64,000 nt of DNA from NCBI GenBank assembly GCA_964016885.1, contig OZ024740.1:28148001-28212000 (forward strand), in the 5' to 3' direction. The translations under genes were made by a program, and so were the position numbers. This DNA comes from Eledone cirrhosa (Eukaryota). The notes beneath the pieces are model-generated. The model was given only the letters and a program-made list of their open reading frames with translations. It did not search any database and was not told the origin of the DNA. This document shows, piece by piece, positions 1 through 14,800 of this stretch (position 1 is its first letter; the number at the start of each line of letters is the position of its first letter).

Positions 1-3000
1 TTCCCTGACTATATGTGATTTCCCTGAGTATATGTGATTTTCCTGATTATATGTGATTTCCCTGACTATATGTGATTTTCGTGAGTATATGTGATCTTCC
101 TGAGTATATGTGATTTTCCTGAGTATATGTGATTTCCCTGAGTATATGTGATTTTCCTGACAATATGTGATTTTCCTGAGTATATGTGATTTTCCTGAGT
201 ATATGTGATTTTCCTGAGTATATGAGATTTTCTTGAGTATATGTGATTTTCCTGAGTATATGTGATTTCCCTGAGTATATGTGATATTCCTGAGTATATG
301 TGATTTTCCTGACTATATGTGATTTTCCTGAGTATATGTGATCTTCCTGAGTATATGTGATTTTTCTGATTATATGTGATTTTCCTGAGTATATGTGATT
401 TTCCTGAGTATATGTGATTTTCCTGACAATATGTGATTTTAATGAGTGTGTGATTATCCTGACTATATGTGATTTTCCTGAGTATATGTGATTTTCTTGA
501 GTATATGTGATTTCCCTGAATATATGTGATTTTCCTGAGTATATGTGATTTCCCTGAATATATGTGATTTTCCTGAGTATATGTGATTTTCCTTTGTATA
601 TATGATTTTCCTGAGTATATGAGATTTTCCTGAGTATATGTGATTTCCTGAGTATATGTGATTTTCCTGAGTATATGTGATTTTCCTGAGTATATGTGAT
701 TTCCCTGACAATATGTGATTTCCCTGACGATATGTGATTTTCCTAACTTTATGTGATTTTCCTGACTATATGAGATTTTCCTGAGTATATGTGATTTTCC
801 TGACTATATGTAATTTTCCTGAGTATATGTGATTTCCGTGACTATATGTGATTTTCCTGAATATATGTGATTTTCTTGACAAAATGTGATTTTCCTTAGT
901 ATATGTGATTTTCCTGAGTATATGTGATTTCCCTGAGTATATGTGATTTTACTGGCTATATGTGATTTTCCTGAGTATATGTAATTTTCCTGCGTATATG
1001 TGATTTCCCTGAGTATATGTGATTTTCCTGAGTATATATGATTTAACTTAGTATATGTGATTTTCCTGAGTATATGTGATTTTCCTGAGTATATGTGATT
1101 TTCCTGAGTATATGTGATATTCCTGATTACAGGCGATTTTCCTGAGTATATGTGATTTTTCTGACTATATGTGATCTTCCTGAGTATATGTGATTTCCCT
1201 GAGTATATGTGATTTTCCTGAGTATATGTGATTTCCTGAATATATGTGATTTACCTGAGTATATGTGATTTTCCTGTGTATATATGATTTTCCTGAGTAT
1301 ATGTGATTTTCCTGAGTATATGTGATTTCCCTGAGAATATGAGATTTTCATGAGTATATGTGATTTCACTAGGTATATGTGAATTTCCTGACTATATGTG
1401 ATTTTCCTGAGTATATGTGATTTTCCTGAGTATATGTGATTTCCCTGAGTATATGTGATTTTGATGAGTATATGTGATTTTCCTGAGTATATGTGATTTC
1501 CCTGAGTATATGTGATTTTACTGGCTATATGTGATTTTCCTGAGTATATGTGATTTTCCTGCGTATATGTGATTTTCCTGAGTATATGTGATTTTCCTGA
1601 TTATATGTGACTTCCCTGAGTATATGTGATTTTCCTGAGTATATATGATTTAACTTAGTATATGTGATTTTCCTGAGTATATGTGATTTCCCTGAGTATA
1701 TGTGATTTTCCAGAGTATATGCGATTTTCCTGAGTATATGTGATTTCCTTGAGTATATGTGATTTCCCTGACTATATGTGATTTCCCTGAGTATATGTGA
1801 TTTTCCTGAGTATATGTTATTTTCCTGAGTATTTGATTTTCCTGAGTTTAAGTGATTTTCCTGACTATTTGTGATTTTCCTGACTATATGTGATTTTCCT
1901 GAGTATATGTGATCTTCCTGAGTATATGTGATTTTCCTGAGTATATGCGACTTTCCTGAGTATATGTGATTTTCCTGACTATATGTGATCTTCCTGAGTA
2001 TATGTGATTTCCCTGAGTATATGTGATTTTCCTGACTATTTGTGATTTTCCTGAGTATATGTGATTTCCTTGACTATATGTGATTTTCCTGAGTATATGT
2101 GATTTCCCTGAGTATATGTGATTTTCCTGAGTATATGTTATTTTCCTGAGTATTTGATTTTCCTGACTATTTGTGATTTTCCTGACTATTTGTGATTTTC
2201 CTGAGTATATGTGATCTTCCTGAGTATATGTGATTTTCCTGAGTATATGCGATTTTCCTGAGTATATGTGATTTTCCTGACTATATGTGATCTTTCTGAG
2301 TATATGTGATTTCCCTGAGTATATGTGATTTTGCTGACTATTTGTGATTTTCCTGAGTATATGTGATTTTCCTGAGTATATGTGATTTTCCTGAGTATAT
2401 GTGATATTCCTGAGTATATGTGATTTTCCTGAGTATAGGCGATTTTCCTCAGTATATGTGATTTTGCTGACTATATGTGATCTTCCTCAGTATATGTGAT
2501 TTCCCGCAATATATGTGATTTTCCTGAGTGTATGTGATTTTACTGAGTATATGTGATCTCCCTGAATATATGTGATTTTCCTGAGTATATGTGATTTTCC
2601 TGTGTATATATGATTTTCCTGAGTATATGTGATTTCCCTGAGTATATGTGATTTTCCTGAGTATATGTGATTTTCCTGAGTATATGTGATTTCCCTGACT
2701 ATATGTGATTTCCCTGACGATATGTGATTTTCCTAACTATATGTGATTTTCCTGACTATATGAGATTTTCCTGAGTATATGTGATTTTCCTGACTATATG
2801 TAATTTTCCTGAGTATATGTGATTTACCTGACTAGAAGTGATTTTTCTGAGTATATGTGATTTCCCTGACTATATGTGATTTTCCTGAATATATGTGATT
2901 TTCTTGACAATATGTGATTTCCCTGAGTATATGTGATTTTCCTGGCTATATGTGATTTTCCTGAGTATATGTGATTTTCCTGCGTATATGTGATTTTCCT

Positions 3001-5873
3001 GAGTATATGTGATTTTCCTGAGTATATGTGATTTCCCTCAGTATATATGACTTAACTGAGTATATGTGATTTTCCTGAGTATATGTGATTTCTTTGAGTA
3101 TATGTGATTTCCCTGACTATATGTGATGTTCCTGAGTATAAGTGATCTTCCTGAGTATATGTGATTTACCTGAGTATATGTGATTTTCCTGAGTATATAT
3201 GATTTTCCTGAGTATATGTGATTTTCCTGAGTATATGTGATTTCCCGGAATATATGTGATTTTCCAGAGTATATGTGATTTTTCTGTGTATATATGATCT
3301 TCCTGAGTATATGTGATTTCCCTGAGTATATGTGATTTTCCTGACTATTTGTGATTTTCCTGACTATGTGAATTTCTTGACTATATGTGACTTTCCTGAG
3401 TATATGTGATTTTCCTGACTATATGTGATTTTCCTGAGTATATAAAATTTCCCTGAGTATATGTGATTTTCCTGAGTATATGTGATTTTCCTGACTATAT
3501 GTGATTTTCCTGAGTATATGTGATTTCCCTGACTATATGTGATTTTCCTGAGTATATGTAATTTCCCTGAGTATATGTGATTTTCCTGAGTATATGTGAT
3601 CTCCTGACTATATGTGATTTTCATGAGTATATGTGATTTCCCTGACTATATGTGATTTTCCTGAGTATATGTGATTTTCCTGAGTATATGTGATTTTCCT
3701 GAGTATATGTGATTTCACTGACTATATGTGATTTTCATGATTATATGTGATCTTCCTGAGTATATGTGATTTTCCTGAGTATATGTGATTTCCCTGAGTA
3801 TATGTGATTTTTCTGAGTATATGTGATTTTCATGACTATATGTGATTCTCCTGAGTATATGTGATTTTCATGACTATGTTATTTTCCTGACAATATGTGA
3901 TTTACCTGAGTATATGTGATTTTCCTGAGTATATGTGATTTTCCTGAGTATATGTGATTTTCTTGAGTATATGTGATTTTGCTGAGTATATGTGATTTCC
4001 CTGAGTATATGTGATTTTCCTGACTATTTGTGATTTTCCTGACTATGTGATTTTCTTGACTATATGTGATTTTCCTGAGTATATGTGATTTTGCTGACTA
4101 TGTGATTTTCCTGAGTATATAAAATTTCCCTGAGTATATGTGATTTTCCTGAGTATATGTGATTTTCCTGACTATATGTGATTTTCCTGAGTATATGTGA
4201 TTTCCCTGACTATATGTGATTTTCCTGAGTATATTTGATTTTCCTGAGTATATGTCATCTTCCTGAGTATATGTGATTTTCCTGAGTATATGTGATTTCC
4301 CTGAGTATATGTGATTTTCCTGAGTATATGTGATTTTCCTGACTATATGTGATTTTCCTGAGTATATGTGATTTTCCTGACTATATGTGATTTTCCTGAG
4401 TATATGTGATTTCCCAGAGTATATGTGACTTTCCTGAGTATATGTTATTTTCCTGAGTATTTGATTTTCCTGACTATTTGTGATTTTCCTGACTATATGT
4501 GATTTTCATGAGTATATGTGATCTTCCTGAGTATATGTGATTTTCCTGAGTATATGCGATTTTCCTGAGTATGTGTGATTTTCCTGACTATATGTGATCT
4601 TTCTGAGTATATGTGATTTCCCTGAGTATATGTGATTTTGCTGACTATTTGTGATTTTCCTGAGTATATGTGATTTTCCTGACTATATGTGATTTTCCTG
4701 AGTATATGTGATCTTCCTGAGTATATGTGATTTTCCTGAGTATAGGCGATTTTCCTGAGTATATGTGATTTTGCTGACTATATGTGATCTTCCTCAGTAT
4801 ATGTGATTTCCCGCAATATATGTGATTTTCCTGAGTGTATGTGATTTTCCTGAGTATATGTGATCTCCCTGAATATATGTGATTTTCCTGAGTATATGTG
4901 ATTTTCCTGTGTATATATGATTTTCCTGAGTATATGTGATTTTCCTGAGTGTATGTGATTTCCCTGAGTATATGTGATTTTCCTGAGTATATGTGATTTT
5001 CCTGAGTATATGTGATTTCCTTGACTATATGTGATTTCCCTGACGATATGTGATTTTCCTAACTATATGTGATTTTCCTGACTATATGAGATTTTCCTGA
5101 GTATATGTGATTTTCCTGACTATATGTAATTTTACTGAGTATATGTGATTTACCTGACTAGAAGTGATTTTTCTGAGTATATGTGATTTCCCTGACTATA
5201 TGTGATTTTCCTGAATATATGTGATTTTCTTGACAATATGTGATTTTCCTGAGTATATGTGATTTTCCTGAGTATATGTGATTTTTCCTGATTATATGTG
5301 ATTTCCCTGAGTATATGTGATTTTCCTGAGTATATATGATTTACCTTAGTATATGTGATTTTCCTGAGTATATGTGATTTACCTGACTATATGTGACTTT
5401 CCTGAGTATATGTGATCTTTCTGAGTATATGTGATTTCCCTGAGTATATGTTATTTTACTGAGTATATGTGATTTCTTTGAGTATATGTGATTTCCCTGA
5501 CTATATGTGATGTTCCTGAGTATATGTGATCTTCCTGAGTATATGTGATTTTCCTGAGTATAGGCGATTTTCCTGAGTATATGTGATTTCCCAGACTATA
5601 TGTGATTTCCCTGAGTATATGTGATTTTCCTGATTATATGTGATTTCCCTGACTATATGTGATTTTCGTGAGTATATGTGATCTTCCTGAGTATATGTGA
5701 TTTTCCTGAGTATATGTGATTTCCCTGAGTATATGTGATTTTCCTGACAATATGTGATTTTCCTGAGTATATGTGATTTTCCTGAGTATATGTGATTTTC
5801 CTGAGTATATGAGATTTTCTTGAGTATATGTGATTTTCCTGAGTATATGTGATTTCCCTGAGTATATGTGATA

Positions 5874-8800
5874 TTCCTGAGTATATGTGATTTTCCTGAC
5901 TATATGTGATTTTCCTGAGTATATGTGATCTTCCTGAGTATATGTGATTTTCCTGAGTATATGTGATTTTCCTGAGTATATGAGATTTTCCTGAGTATAT
6001 GTGATTTTCCTGACAATATGTGATTTTCATGAGTGTGTGATTATCCTGACTATATGTGATTTTCCTGAGTATATGTGATTTTCCTGAGTATATGTGATTT
6101 CCCTGAATATATGTGATTTTCCTGAGTATATGTGATTTCCCTGAATATATGTGATTTTCCTGAGTATATGTGATTTTCCTTTGTATATATGATTTTCCTG
6201 AGTATATGTGATTTTCCTGAGTATATGTGATTTCCTGAGTATATGTGATTTTCCTGAGTATATGTGATTTTCCTGAGTATATGTGATTTCCCTGACAATA
6301 TGTGATTTCCCTGACGATATGTGATTTTCCTAACTATATGTGATTTTCCTGACTATGTGAGATTTTCTTGACAAAATGTGATTTTCCTTAGTATATGTGA
6401 TTTTCCTGAGTATATGTGATTTCCCTGAGTATATGTGATTTTACTGGCTATATGTGATTTTCCTGAGTATATGTAATTTTCCTGAGTATATATGATTTAA
6501 CTTAGTATATGTGATTTTCCTGAGTATATGTGATTTTCCTGAGTATATGTGATTTTCCTGAGTATATGTGATATTCCTGAGTACAGGCGATTTTCCTGAG
6601 TATATGTGATTTTTCTGACTATATGTGATCTTCCTGAGTATATGTGATTTCCCTGAGTATATGTGATTTTCCTGAGTATATGTGATTTCCTGAGTATATG
6701 TGATTTTCCTGAGTCTATGTGATTTTCCTGAGTATATGTGATTTTCCTGAATATATGTGATTTTCCAGAGTATATGCGATTTTCCTGAGTATATGTGATT
6801 TCCTTGAGTATATGTGATTTCCCTGACTATATGTGATTTCCCTGAGTATATGTGATTTTCCTGAGTATATGTTATTTTCCTGAGTATTTGATTTTCCTGA
6901 GTTTAAGTGATTTTCCTGACTATTTGTGATTTTCCTGACTATATGTGATTTTCCTGAGTATATGTGATCTTCCTGAGTATATGTGATTTTCCTGAGTATA
7001 TGCGACTTTCCTGAGTATATGTGATTTTCCTGACTATATGTGATCTTCCTGAGTATATGTGATTTCCCTGAGTATATGTGATTTTCCTGACTATTTGTGA
7101 TTTTCCTGAGTATATGAGATTTTCCTGACTATATGTGATTTTCCTGAGTATATGTGATCTTTCTGAGTATATGTGATTTTCCTGAGTATAGGCGATTTTC
7201 CTGAGTATATGTAATTTTGCTGACTATAAGTGATCTTCCTGAGTATGTGTGATTTCCAGGAATATATGTGATTTTCCTGAGTGTATGTGATTTTCCTGAG
7301 TATATGTGATTTTCCTGAATATATGTGATTTTCCTGAGTATATGTTATTTCCCTGAATATATATGATTTTCCTGAGTATATGTGATTTTCCTGTGTATAT
7401 ATGATTTTCCTGAGTATATGTGATTTTCCTGAGTATATGTGATTTCCCTGAGAATATGAGATTTTCATGAGTATATGTGATTTCACTAGGTATATGTGAT
7501 TTTCCTGACTTTATTTGATTTTTCTGACTATATGTGATTTCATTGGGTATATGTGATTTTCCTGAGTATATGTGATTTTCATGAGTATACGTGATTTTCC
7601 TGAGTATATGTGATTTTCCTGACTATATGTTATTTTCCTGAGTATATGTGATTTACCTGAGTATATGTGATTTCCCTGAGTATATGTGATTTTCCTGACT
7701 ATTTGTGATTTTCCTGACTGTATGTGATTTTCCTGACTATATGTGATTTTCCTGAGTATATGTGATTTTCCTGACTATATGTGATTTTCCTGAGTATATG
7801 TAATTTCCCTGAGTATATGGGATTTTCCTGAGTATATGTGATCTCCTGACTATATGTGATTTTCCTGAGTATATGTGATTTCCCTGACTATATGTGATTT
7901 CCCTGAGTATATGTGATTTTCCTGAGTATATGTGATTTTCCTGAGTATATGTGATTTCCCTGACTAAATGTGATTTTCGTGATTATATGTGATCTTCCTG
8001 AGTATATGTGATTTTCCTGAGTATATGTGATTTCCCTGAGTATATGTGATTTTCCTGACAATATGTGATTTTCCTGAGTATATGTGATTTTCCTGAGTAT
8101 ATGTGATTTTCCTGAGTATATGTGATTTTCTTGAGTATATGTGATTTTCCTGAGTATATGTGATTTCCCTCAGTATATGTGATTTTCCTGACTATTTGTG
8201 ATTTTCCTGACTATGTGATTTTCTTGACTATATGTGATTTTCCTGAGTATATGTGATTTTCCTGACTATATGTGATTTTCCTGAGTATATAAAATTTCCC
8301 TGAGTATATGTGATTTTCCTGAGTATATGTGATTTTCCTGACTATATGTGATTTTCCTGAGTATATGTGATTTCCCTGACTATATGTGATTTCCCGGAGT
8401 ATATGTGATTTCCATCAGTATATGTGATTTTCCTGAGTATATGTGATCTTCCTGAGTATATGTGATTTTCCTGAGAATATGTGATTTACCTGAGTATATG
8501 TGATCTTCCTGAGTATATGTGATTTTCCTGAGTATATGTGATTTCCCTGAGTATATGTGATTTTCCTGAGTATATGTGATTTTCCTGACTATATGTGATT
8601 TTCCTGAGTATATGTGATTTTCCTGACTATATGTGATTTTCCTGTGTATATGTGATTTTCCTGACTATATGTGATTTTCCTGACAATATGTGATTTTCCT
8701 GAGTATGTGTGATTTCCCTGAGTATATGTGATTTTCATGAGTATATGTAATCTTCCTGAGTATATGTGATTTTCCTGAGTATATGCGATTTTCCTGAGTA

Positions 8801-11800
8801 TATGTGATTTTCCTGAGTATATGTGATTTATTTGAGTATATGTGATTTCCCTGACTATATGTGATTTTCCTGAGTATATGTGATTTCCCTGAGTATATGT
8901 GATTATCCTGAGTATATGTGATCTCTTGACTATATGTGATTTTCCTGAGTATATGTGATTTCCCTGACTATATGTGATTTCCCTGAGTATATGTGATTTT
9001 CCTGAGTATATGTGATTTTCCTGAGTATATGTGATTTCCCTGACTATATGTGATTTTCATGATTATATGTGATCTTCCTGAGTATATGTGATTTTCCTGA
9101 GTATATGTGATTTCCCTGAGTATATGTGATTTTCCTGAGTATCTGTGATTTTCATGACTATATGTGATTCTCCTGAGTATATGTGATTTTCATGACTATG
9201 TTATTTTCCTGACAATATGTGATTTACCTGAGTATATGTGATTTTCCTGAGTATATGTGATTTTCCTGAGTATATGTGATTTTCTTGAGTATATGTGATT
9301 TTCCTGAGTATATGTGATTTCCCTGAGTATATGTGATTTTCCTGACTATTTGTGATTTTCCTGACTGTGATTTTCTTGACTATATGTGATTTTCCTGAGT
9401 ATATGTGATTTTGCTGACTATGTGATTTTCCTGAGTATATAAAATTTCCCTGAGTATATGTGATTTTCCTGAGTATATGTGATTTTCCTGAGTATATGTC
9501 ATCTTCCTGAGTATATGTGATTTTCCTGAGTATATGTGATTTCCCTGAGTATATGTGATGTTCCTGAGTATATGTGATTTTCCTGACTATATGTGATTTT
9601 CCTGAGTATATGTGATTTTCCTGACTATATGTGATTTTCCTGAGTATATGTGATTTCCCTGAGTATATGTGACTTTCCTGAGTATATGTTATTTTCCTGA
9701 GTATTTGATTTTCCTGACTATTTGTGATCTTCCTGAGTATATGTGATTTTCCTGAGTATATGCGATTTTCCTGAGTATATGTGATTTTCCTGACTATATG
9801 TGATCTTTCTGAGTATATGTGATTTCCCTGAGTATATGTGATTTTGCTGACTATTTGTGATTTTCCTGAGTATATGTGATTTTCCTGACTATATGTGATT
9901 TTCCTGAGTATATGTGATCTTCCTGAGTATATGTGATTTTCCTGAGTATAGGCGATTTTCCTGAGTATATGTGATTTTGCTGACTATATGTGATCTTCCT
10001 CAGTATATGTGATTTCCCGCAATATATGTGATTTTCCTGAGTGTATGTGATTTTCCTGAGTATATGTGATCTCCCTGAATATATGTGATTTTCCTGAGTA
10101 TATGTGATTTTCCTGTGTATATATGATTTTCCTGAGTATATGTGATTTTCCTGAGTATATGTGATTTCCCTGAGTATATGTGATTTTCCTGAGTATATGT
10201 GATTTTCCTGAGTATATGTGATTTCCTTGACTATATGTGATTTCCCTGACGATATGTGATTTTCCTAACTATATGTGATTTTCCTGACTATATGAGATTT
10301 TCCTGAGTATATGTGATTTTCCTGACTATATGTAATTTTACTGAGTATATGTGATTTACCTGACTAGAAGTGATTTTACTGAGTATATGTGATTTCCCTG
10401 ACTATATGTGATTTTCCTGAATATATGTGATTTTCTTGACAATATGTGATTTTCCTGAGTATATGTGATTTTCCTGAGTATATGTGATTTTCCTGATTAT
10501 ATGTGATTTCCCTGAGTATATGTGATTTTCCTGAGTATATATGATTTAACTTAGTATATGTGATTTTCCTGAGTATATGTGATTTACCTGACTATATGTG
10601 ATTTTCCTGAGTATATGTGATCTTTCTGAGTATATGTGATTTCCCTGAGTATATGTTATTTTACTGAGTATATGTGATTTCTTTGAGTATATGTGATTTC
10701 CCTGACTATATGTGATGTTCCTGAGCATATGTGATCTTCCTGAGTTTATGTGATTTTCCTGAGTATAGGCGATTTTCCTGAGTATATGTGATTTTTCTGA
10801 CTATTTGTGATTTTCCTGAGTATATGTGATTTTCCTGACTATATGTGATTTTCCTGAGTATATGTGATCTTCCTGAGTATATGTGATTTTCCTGAGTATA
10901 GGCGATTTTCCTGAGTATATGTGATTTTGCTGACTATATGTGATCTTCCTCAGTATATGTGATTTCCCGCAATATATGTGATTTTCCTGAGTGTATGTGA
11001 TTTTCCTGAGTATATGTGATCTCCCTGAATATATGTGATTTTCCTGAGTATATGTGATTTTCCTGTGTATATATGATTTTCCTGAGTATATGTGATTTTC
11101 CTGAGTATATGTGATTTCCCTGAGTATATGTGATTTTCCTGAGTATATGTGATTTTCCTGAGTATATGTGATTTCCTTGAATATATGTGATTTCCCTGAC
11201 GATATGTGATTTTCCTAACTATATGTGATTTTCCTGACTATATGAGATTTTCCTGAGTATATGTGATTTTCCTGACTATATGTAATTTTACTGAGTATAT
11301 GTGATTTACCTGACTAGAAGTGATTTTACTGAGTATATGTGATTTCCCTGACTATATGTGATTTTCCTGAATATATGTGATTTTCTTGACAATATGTGAT
11401 TTTCCTGAGTATATGTGATTTTCCTGAGTATATGTGATTTTCCTGATTATATGTGATTTCCCTGAGTATATGTGATTTTCCTGAGTATATATGATTTAAC
11501 TTAGTATATGTGATTTTCCTGAGTATATGTGATTTACCTGACTATATGTGATTTTCCTGAGTATATGTGATCTTTCTGAGTATATGTGATTTCCCTGAGT
11601 ATATGTTATTTTACTGAGTATATGTGATTTCTTTGAGTATATGTGATTTCCCTGACTATATGTGATGTTCCTGAGTATATGTGATCTTCCTGAGTATATG
11701 TGATTTTCCTGAGTATAGGCGATTTTCCTGAGTATATGTGATTTTTCTGACTATATGATATTTTCCTGAGTATATTTGATTTCCCTGAGTATATGTGATT

Positions 11801-14800
11801 TTCCTGAGTATATGTGATTTTCCTGAGTATATGTGATTTTCCTGAGTCTATGTGATTTTCCTGAGTATATGTGATTTCCCTGAATATATGTGATTTTCCA
11901 GAGTATATGCGATTTTCCTGAGTATATGTGATTTCCTTGAGTATATGTGATTTCCCTGAGTATATGTGATTTTCCTGACTATTTGTGATTTTCCTGAGAA
12001 TATGTGATTTTCCTGACTATATGTGATTTTCCTGAGTATATGTGATCTTTCTGAGTATATGTGATTTTCCTGAGTATAGGCGATTTTCCTGAGTATATGT
12101 GATTTTGCTGACTATATGTCATCTTCCTGAGTATGTGTGATTTCCAGGAATATATGTGATTTTCCTGAGTGTATGTGATTTTGCTGAGTATATGTGATTT
12201 TCCTGAATATATGTGATTTTCCTGAGTATATGTTATTTCCCTGAATATATGTGATTTTCCTGAGTATATGTGATTTTCCTGTGTAAATATGATTTTCCTG
12301 AGTATATGTGATTTTCATGAGTATATGTGAATTCCCTGAGTATATGAGATTTTCATGAGTATATGTGATTTCACTAGGTATATGTGATTTTCCTGACTAT
12401 ATTTGATTTTTCTGACTATATGTGATTTCATTGGGTATATGTGATTTTCCTGAGTATATGTGATTTTCATGAGTATACGTGATTTTCCTGAGTATATGTG
12501 ATTTTCCTGACTATATGTGATTTTCCTGAGTATATGTGATTTCCCTGACTATATGTGATTTCCCTGAGTATATGTGATTTTCCTGAGTATATGTGATTTT
12601 CCTGAGTATATGTGATTTCCCTGACTATATGTGATTTTCGTGATTATATGTGATCTTCCTGAGTATATGTGATTTTCCTGAGTATATGTGATTTCCCTGA
12701 GTATATGTGATTTTCCTGAGTATATGTGATTTTCATCACTATATGTGATTTTCCTGAGTATATGTGATTTTCATGACTATGTGATTTTCCTGACAATATG
12801 TGATTTTCCTGAGTATATGTGATTTTCCTGAGTATATGAGATTTTCCTGAGTATATGTGATTTTCTTGAGTATATGTGATTTTCCTGAGTATATGTCATT
12901 TCCCTGAGTATATGTGATTTTCCTGACTATTTGTGATTTTCCTGACTATGTGATTTTCTTGACTATATGTGATTTTCCTGAGTATATGTGATTTTCCTGA
13001 CTATATGTGATTTTCCTGAGTATATAAAATTTCCCTGAGTATATGTGATTTTCTTGAGTATATGTGATTTTCCTGACTATATGTGATTTTCCTGAGTATA
13101 TGTGATTTCCCTGACTATATGTTATTTCCCGGAGTATATGTGATTTCCATGAGTATATGTGATTTTCCTGAGTATATGTGATCTTCCTGAGTAAATATGA
13201 TTTTCCTGAGTATATGTGATTTTCCTGAGTATATGTGATCTTCCTGAGTATATGTGATTTACCTGAGTATATGTGATTTCCCTGAGTATGTGTGATTTTC
13301 CTGAGTATATGTGATTTTCCTTATTATATGTGATTTTCCTGAGTATACGTGATTTTCATGACTATATGTGATTTTCCTGAGTATATGTGATTTTCCTGAC
13401 TATATGTGATTTTCCTGAGTATATGTGATCTTCCTGAGTATATGTGATTTTCCTGAGTATATGTGATTTTCCTGAGTATATGAGATTTTCCTGAGTATAT
13501 GTGATTTTCCTGACAATATGTGATTTTCATGAGTGTGTGATTATCCTGACTATATGTGATTTTCCTGAGTATATGTGATTTTCCTGAGTATATGTGATTT
13601 CCCTGAATATATGTGATTTTCCTGAGTATATGTGATTTCCCTGAATATATGTGATTTTCCTGAGTATATGTGATTTTCCTTTGTATATATGATTTTCCTG
13701 AGTATATGTGATTTTCCTGAGTATATGTGATTTCCTGAGTATATGTGATTTTCCTGAGTATATGTGATTTTCCTGAGTATATGTGATTTCCCTGACAATA
13801 TGTGATTTCCCTGACGATATGTGATTTTCCTAACTATATGTGATTTTCCTGACTATGTGAGATTTTCTTGACAAAATGTGATTTTCCTTAGTATATGTGA
13901 TTTTCCTGAGTATATGTGATTTCCCTGAGTATATGTGATTTTACTGGCTATATGTGATTTTCCTGAGTATATGTAATTTTCCTGAGTATATATGATTTAA
14001 CTTAGTATATGTGATTTTCCTGAGTATATGTGATTTTCCTGAGTATATGTGATTTTCCTGAGTATATGTGATATTCCTGAGTACAGGCGATTTTCCTGAG
14101 TATATGTGATTTTTCTGACTATATGTGATCTTCCTGAGTATATGTGATTTCCCTGAGTATATGTGATTTTCCTGAGTATATGTGATTTCCTGAGTATATG
14201 TGATTTTCCTGAGTCTATGTGATTTTCCTGAGTATATGTGATTTTCCTGAATATATGTGATTTTCCAGAGTATATGCGATTTTCCTGAGTATATGTGATT
14301 TCCTTGAGTATATGTGATTTCCCTGACTATATGTGATTTCCCTGAGTATATGTGATTTTCCTGAGTATATGTTATTTTCCTGAGTATTTGATTTTCCTGA
14401 GTTTAAGTGATTTTCCTGACTATTTGTGATTTTCCTGACTATATGTGATTTTCCTGAGTATATGTGATCTTCCTGAGTATATGTGATTTTCCTGAGTATA
14501 TGCGACTTTCCTGAGTATATGTGATTTTCCTGACTATATGTGATCTTCCTGAGTATATGTGATTTCCCTGAGTATATGTGATTTTCCTGACTATTTGTGA
14601 TTTTCCTGAGTATATGAGATTTTCCTGACTATATGTGATTTTCCTGAGTATATGTGATCTTTCTGAGTATATGTGATTTTCCTGAGTATAGGCGATTTTC
14701 CTGAGTATATGTAATTTTGCTGACTATAAGTGATCTTCCTGAGTATGTGTGATTTCCAGGAATATATGTGATTTTCCTGAGTGTATGTGATTTTCCTGAG

